A stretch of 12,188 nt of DNA, taken from the UHGV virus genome UHGV-1627815. The stretch is one strand, 5' to 3'. The first letter of the stretch is position 1. The number at the start of each line of letters is the position of its first letter. The DNA comes from a virus. Position numbers and translations under genes: made by a program. Shown in pieces: positions 8,031 to 12,188 of this stretch. A model generated the notes under the pieces. The model made no database searches. It was not told where the DNA came from and saw only the letters and a program-made list of their open reading frames with translations.

Positions 8031-8175
8031 CCCGCAGAAGAACGGCGATTTAAGTGCCGATATCCGGCAGCTTGAGAACGCGCTGGCACGCTGTGCCAGC
8101 CAGGTAAAAATGATTAAACACTGTCAGGACGAAAACGATGCTCAAACCCGACAGCCTGCGCAGGGCGCTGACTGA
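7885..8175 (+). CDS. lysC: Rz1-like outer-membrane lipoprotein spanin (o-spanin) LysC, nested/overlapping gene
   Basis: 96 aa from ATG at 7885, with GAGG 7 nt upstream, in a different frame from lysB. It begins inside lysB, runs past the lysB stop (8030) and overlaps the first 38 nt of R. Product MKTKIFAAGTVLTCLMLCAVCTSARPAQTPVIVHNACPKVSLCPMPGSDP... has a signal-peptide-like N-terminus with Cys residues and a Pro-rich body. Size matches P2 LysC. Confidence 0.75.
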   Translation: MKTKIFAAGTVLTCLMLCAVCTSARPAQTPVIVHNACPKVSLCPMPGSDPQKNGDLSADIRQLENALARCASQVKMIKHCQDENDAQTRQPAQGAD

Positions 8176-8605
8176 TGCCGTCACGGTGCTGAAAACTAAC
8201 CCCGATATGCTGCGGATATTCGTGGATAACGGGAGTATTGCCTCCACACTGGCGACGTCGCTGTCGTTCGAAAAGCGTTACACGCTCAATGTGATTGTGA
8301 CCGACTTTACCGGTGATTTTGACCTGCTCATCGTGCCGGTGCTGGCGTGGCTGCGGGAAAATCAGCCCGACATCATGACCACCGACGCAGGCCAGAAAAA
8401 GGGCTTCACGTTTTATGCAGACATCAACAATGACAGCAGCTTTGATATCAGCATCAGCCTGATGCTGACCGAGCGCACGCTGGTCAGTGAGGTTGACGGC
8501 GCGCTGCATGTGAAGAATATCCCGGAACCTCCGCCGCCGGAGCCGGTTACCCGCCCGATGGAGCTGTATATCAATGGCGAACTGGTGAGCAAGTGGGATG
8601 AATGA
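8138..8605 (+). CDS. R: Tail completion protein R
   Basis: 155 aa ORF (MLKPDSLRRALTDAVTVLKTNPDMLRIFVDNG...), with AGGA 8 nt upstream. Length and position match P2 gpR. Confidence 0.88.
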   Translation: MLKPDSLRRALTDAVTVLKTNPDMLRIFVDNGSIASTLATSLSFEKRYTLNVIVTDFTGDFDLLIVPVLAWLRENQPDIMTTDAGQKKGFTFYADINNDSSFDISISLMLTERTLVSEVDGALHVKNIPEPPPPEPVTRPMELYINGELVSKWDE

Positions 8606-9050
8606 GTTTAAGCGTTTTGAAGACCGGCTGACCGGACTTATTGAATCGCTGTCACCGTCAGGGCGTCGGCGACTGAGCGCCGAACTGGCGAAACGTCTGC
8701 GGCAGAGTCAGCAGCGCCGGGTGATGGCACAGAAAGCCCCGGACGGCACACCCTACGCACCACGCCAGCAGCAGAGCGCCAGAAAAAAGACCGGTCGCGT
8801 TAAGCGAAAAATGTTTGCGAAACTTATCACCAGTCGTTTTTTGCATATCCGCGCCAGCCCGGAACAGGCATCAATGGAATTTTACGGCGGAAAGTCACCG
8901 AAAATCGCCAGTGTGCATCAGTTCGGTCTGTCGGAAGAAAACCGGAAAGACGGTAAGAAAATTGATTATCCGGCGCGTCCCCTGCTCGGCTTTACCGGTG
9001 AGGATGTGCAGATGATTGAAGAGATTATTCTGGCGCACCTTGACCGTTAG
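8598..9050 (+). CDS. S: Tail completion protein S
   Basis: 150 aa ORF (MNEFKRFEDRLTGLIESLSPSGRRRLSAELAKRL...). Overlaps the R 3' end by 8 nt. Length and position match P2 gpS. Confidence 0.88.
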   Translation: MNEFKRFEDRLTGLIESLSPSGRRRLSAELAKRLRQSQQRRVMAQKAPDGTPYAPRQQQSARKKTGRVKRKMFAKLITSRFLHIRASPEQASMEFYGGKSPKIASVHQFGLSEENRKDGKKIDYPARPLLGFTGEDVQMIEEIILAHLDR

Positions 9051-9081
9051 TTGTGCCATTCCCGACACCTCATCGTCACAT

Positions 9082-9105
9082 TGCCGCCGGTATGACCCGG
9101 CGGCA
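9082..9105. other. GC-rich perfect inverted repeat in the S-V intergenic gap (9 bp stem, 6 nt loop)
   Basis: tgccgccgg (9082-9090), loop tatgac, then ccggcggca (9097-9105); perfectly complementary arms. Ends 11 nt before the V ATG. No U-tract follows on either strand. Confidence 0.5.
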
Positions 9106-9116
9106 TCCTTCCCGTT

Positions 9117-9752
9117 ATGAACACTCTCGCAAATATTCAGGAACTCGCGCGCGCACTGCGCAACATGATCCGCACCGGCATTATCGTCGAAACCGACCTT
9201 AACGCCGGTCGCTGCCGTGTGCAGACCGGCGGCATGTGCACCGACTGGCTTCAGTGGCTGACCCATCGCGCCGGACGTTCGCGCACGTGGTGGGCACCTT
9301 CCGAGGGGGAACAGGTGCTGATTCTGGCCGTGGGCGGTGAACTCGACACAGCGTTTGTTCTGCCGGGGATTTATTCCGGCGATAACCCTCCGCCGTCTGC
9401 GTCGGCGGATGCCCTGCATATCCGTTTCCCTGACGGGGCGGTGATTGAGTATGAACCCGAAACCAGTGCGCTCACGGCAAGCGGAATTAAAACGGCCAGC
9501 GTGACGGCTTCTGATTCTGTTACTGCCACGGTGCCGGTGGTCATGGTGAAAGCGTCAACCCGCATCACCCTGGACACACCGGAGGTGGTCTGCACCAACA
9601 GGCTGATTACCGGCACGCTGGAAGTGCAGAAGGGCGGGACGATGCGCGGCAACATTGAACACACCGGCGGTGAACTCTCATCAAACGGGAAGGTACTGCA
9701 TACCCACAAACACCCCGGCGACAGCGGCGGCACAACCGGGGGACCTCTATGA
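9117..9752 (+). CDS. V: Baseplate central spike protein
   Basis: 211 aa (MNTLANIQELARALRNMIRTGIIVETDLNAGRCRVQTGG...), with C-terminal ...VLHTHKHPGDSGGTTGGPL. Recognised as P2 gpV. No canonical Shine-Dalgarno upstream. Confidence 0.9.
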   Translation: MNTLANIQELARALRNMIRTGIIVETDLNAGRCRVQTGGMCTDWLQWLTHRAGRSRTWWAPSEGEQVLILAVGGELDTAFVLPGIYSGDNPPPSASADALHIRFPDGAVIEYEPETSALTASGIKTASVTASDSVTATVPVVMVKASTRITLDTPEVVCTNRLITGTLEVQKGGTMRGNIEHTGGELSSNGKVLHTHKHPGDSGGTTGGPL

Positions 9753-10096
9753 CTGCGCGTTATCTCGGAATGAATCGCAGTGATGGCCTGACTGTCACTG
9801 ACCTTGAGCATATCAGCCAGAGTATCGGCGATATCCTGCGCACACCTGTCGGCTCACGGGTGATGCGTCGTGATTACGGCTCGTTGCTGGCGTCAATGAT
9901 TGACCAGCCGCAGACTCCGGCGCTTGAGTTGCAGATTAAGGTCGCCTGTTACATGGCAGTGCTGAAATGGGAACCCCGCGTCACCCTGTCATCCGTCACC
10001 ACTGAGCGCAGTTTTGACGGGCGAATGACGGTCACGTTAACCGGCCAGCACAACGACACCGGCCAGCCACTTTCGTTAACCATCCCTGTGAGTTGA
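9749..10096 (+). CDS. W: Baseplate wedge protein (GpW/gp25 family)
   Basis: 115 aa. ATG overlaps the V stop (ATGA), with a GGGGGA Shine-Dalgarno. Matches P2 gpW in length and position. Confidence 0.9.
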   Translation: MTARYLGMNRSDGLTVTDLEHISQSIGDILRTPVGSRVMRRDYGSLLASMIDQPQTPALELQIKVACYMAVLKWEPRVTLSSVTTERSFDGRMTVTLTGQHNDTGQPLSLTIPVS

Positions 10097-10100
10097 AACC

Positions 10101-11009
10101 ATGCCGATTATCGACCTGAACCAGCTACCCGCACCGGATGTGGTCGAGGAGCTGGACTTTGAAACCATTCTCGCCGAACGCAAGGCGACACTGATTTCCC
10201 TTTACCCGGAAGACCAGCAGGAGGCGGTCGCCCGTACCCTGACGCTGGAATCTGAGCCTCTCGTCAAACTGCTGGAGGAAAATGCTTATCGTGAGCTTAT
10301 CTGGCGTCAGCGTGTGAATGAGGCCGCACGGGCTGTGATGCTGGCCTGTGCAGCCGGTAATGACCTTGATGTGATTGGTGCCAATTACAACACCACGCGC
10401 CTGATTATCACCCCGGCAGATGATTCGACCATTCCGCCGACACCGGCAGTGATGGAATCTGACACCGATTATCGCCTGCGTATTCAGCAGGCGTTTGAAG
10501 GTTTAAGCGTCGCCGGGTCGGTGGGTGCCTATCAGTATCATGGCCGCAGTGCTGACGGGCGTGTCGCGGATATCTCTGTCACCAGTCCGTCTCCGGCCTG
10601 CGTCACCATCTCCGTGCTGTCACGTGAAAATAACGGTGTCGCATCCGAAGACCTGCTGGCCGTGGTGCGTAACGCCCTTAATGGCGAGGACGTCAGGCCG
10701 GTGGCCGACCGCGTGACCGTGCAGTCTGCCGCCATCGTTGAATACCAGATAAACGCCACGCTTTACCTTTACCCTGGTCCCGAAAGCGAACCCATCCGCG
10801 CTGCTGCCGTGAAAAAACTGGAAGCATACATCACGGCACAGCACCGGCTGGGGCGCGACATCCGTCTGTCTGCCATTTATGCCGCTTTGCATGTGGAAGG
10901 CGTGCAGCGTGTCGAACTGACTGCACCGCTGGCTGACATCGTGCTCAACAGTACGCAGGCGTCTTTCTGCACCGAATACAGCGTCGTGACCGGAGGCTCG
11001 GATGAGTGA
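10101..11009 (+). CDS. J: Baseplate assembly protein J
   Basis: 302 aa ORF (MPIIDLNQLPAPDVVEELDFETILAERKATL...). Length and order match P2 gpJ. Confidence 0.9.
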   Translation: MPIIDLNQLPAPDVVEELDFETILAERKATLISLYPEDQQEAVARTLTLESEPLVKLLEENAYRELIWRQRVNEAARAVMLACAAGNDLDVIGANYNTTRLIITPADDSTIPPTPAVMESDTDYRLRIQQAFEGLSVAGSVGAYQYHGRSADGRVADISVTSPSPACVTISVLSRENNGVASEDLLAVVRNALNGEDVRPVADRVTVQSAAIVEYQINATLYLYPGPESEPIRAAAVKKLEAYITAQHRLGRDIRLSAIYAALHVEGVQRVELTAPLADIVLNSTQASFCTEYSVVTGGSDE

Positions 11010-11613
11010 TTCGCGCCTGCTGCCGACCGGCTCATCACTGCTTGAAGTTGCCGCCGCAAAAGCCTGTGCAGAAATTGAAAAAACGCCGGTCAGTATTCGT
11101 GAGCTGTGGAACCCGGATACCTGCCCGGCAAATCTGCTGCCGTGGCTGGCGTGGTCATTTTCGGTTGACCGCTGGGATGATAAGTGGCCGGAAGCGACAA
11201 AACGCGCTGTTATCCGCGATGCGTATTTCATTCACTGCCATAAGGGCACTATTGGTGCGATTCGCCGTGTGGTGGAGCCGCTCGGCTATCTGATTGAGGT
11301 GAGGGAGTGGTGGCAGCTCAACGAGGAGCCGGGGACGTTCCGCATCGTTGTTGGCGTGCTTGAGCAGGGTATTACCGAGGAAATGTATCAGGAGCTGGAG
11401 CGTCTCGTTGCTGATGCAAAACCTGCAAGCCGCCATCTGACGGGACTGGCTATCAGTTTAAGTACAACCGGCAACATTTTTGCCGGTGCGGGATGCTATC
11501 ACGGCGACGCCCTGACGGTTTATCCCTACACCCCGGAGGCCATTATTGTCGGAGGGGATTATTTCCCGGCCTCGGCCATTCATTTAATTGATAACCTGAG
11601 AGTAAACGCATGA
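11002..11613 (+). CDS. I: Baseplate assembly protein I
   Basis: 203 aa ORF from ATG at 11002, with GGAGG 5 nt upstream; overlaps the J stop by 8 nt. The only other in-frame Met is near residue 128, so this start is the supported one. Position between J and H matches P2. Confidence 0.85.
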   Translation: MSDSRLLPTGSSLLEVAAAKACAEIEKTPVSIRELWNPDTCPANLLPWLAWSFSVDRWDDKWPEATKRAVIRDAYFIHCHKGTIGAIRRVVEPLGYLIEVREWWQLNEEPGTFRIVVGVLEQGITEEMYQELERLVADAKPASRHLTGLAISLSTTGNIFAGAGCYHGDALTVYPYTPEAIIVGGDYFPASAIHLIDNLRVNA

Positions 11614-12188
11614 CAGTGAAATACTACGCCATTCTGACTAATCAGGGCGCGGCACGGCTGGCTAACGCGACGATGCTCGGCAGTAAGCTGAATCTGACGC
11701 AAATGGCCGTTGGTGATGCGAATGGTGTCTTGCCGACACCAGACCCGGCACAGACAAAACTGATTAATCAGAAACGCATTGCACCGCTGAATCTTCTGAG
11801 TGTTGACCCGAACAACCAGAGCCAGATTATTGCGGAGCAAATCATCCCTGAGAACGAGGGCGGATTCTGGATCCGTGAGATTGGGCTTTATGATGATGAA
11901 GGCGTACTCATTGCGGTGGCGAACTGCCCGGAAACGTACAAACCGCAGTTGCAGGAAGGCAGTGGTCGTACCCAGACTATCCGCATGATTCTGGTTGTCA
12001 CGAATACCGAAGCCATCACGCTGAAAATCGACCCGTCGGTGGTACTGGCGACCCGTAAATACGTGGATGATGAAGTCCTGGAATTAAGGCTGTATGTGGA
12101 TGAACAGATGAGAAACCACATTGCCGCACAGGATCCTCATACCCAGTATGCACAGAAACATAATCCGACATTTACCGGAGAACCAAAA
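11610..12188 (+). CDS. H: Tail fibre protein, N-terminal 193 codons; continues beyond the window end
   Basis: ATG at 11610 overlaps the I stop (ATGA); frame is open to the window edge and is absent from the ORF track for lack of a stop. Begins MTVKYYAILTNQGAARLANATMLGSKLNLTQMAVGDANGVLPTPDPAQTKL...GGFWIREIGLYDDEGVLIAVAN..., resembling the conserved N-terminal domain of P2/Mu-type tail fibres. Position after I matches P2 gene H. Confidence 0.8.
   Translation, partial: MTVKYYAILTNQGAARLANATMLGSKLNLTQMAVGDANGVLPTPDPAQTKLINQKRIAPLNLLSVDPNNQSQIIAEQIIPENEGGFWIREIGLYDDEGVLIAVANCPETYKPQLQEGSGRTQTIRMILVVTNTEAITLKIDPSVVLATRKYVDDEVLELRLYVDEQMRNHIAAQDPHTQYAQKHNPTFTGEPK

Noticed and set aside
9052-9069. 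Near-match to an activator dyad (TGT at 9052, ACA at 9065) in the S-V gap
   Set aside because: Spacing is N10 rather than the N12 I recall for P2 late-promoter operators, and position relative to the V start is not obviously right; not reported as a binding site.
8895-9419. 174 aa minus-strand ORF spanning the S-V junction
   Set aside because: Antisense to S and V with a poly-Arg-rich, implausible product (MQGIRRRRRRRV...); treated as spurious.
10620-11231. 203 aa minus-strand ORF antisense to J and I
   Set aside because: Same reasoning: antisense shadow ORF across two recognised baseplate genes, not a plausible independent gene.
1-12188. Search for tRNA, CRISPR repeats, IS/transposase genes, integrase or defence-system genes
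   Set aside because: No cloverleaf-like or repeat-spacer structure noticed, and all substantial ORFs are accounted for by P2 structural and lysis genes.

Overview
The whole window is a contiguous block of bacteriophage P2-type late genes (Peduovirus-like phage or prophage of an enterobacterial host), in canonical order: Q (portal, partial) and P (terminase large subunit) on the minus strand, then divergently on the plus strand O (scaffold/protease), N (major capsid), M (terminase small subunit), L (head completion), X, Y (holin), K (endolysin), lysA, lysB, lysC (nested spanin), R, S, V, W, J, I and the start of H (tail fibre). Identifications rest on my recognition of the translated proteins, their lengths and strict P2 synteny; no database search was run. 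I see no rRNA, tRNA, CRISPR array, IS element or inserted cargo/defence gene: every ORF over about 60 codons not assigned to a gene is antisense or out of frame within a recognised gene. I therefore do not find a novel system here. The points worth a second look are small-scale: a nested overlapping spanin gene, an AT-hook-like tail on the small terminase, two conspicuous RNA hairpins in the only sizeable intergenic gaps, a His-triad at the spike tip, and the divergent late-promoter region whose operator architecture I could not confirm by eye. Whether this is a free phage genome or an integrated prophage cannot be decided from this window.
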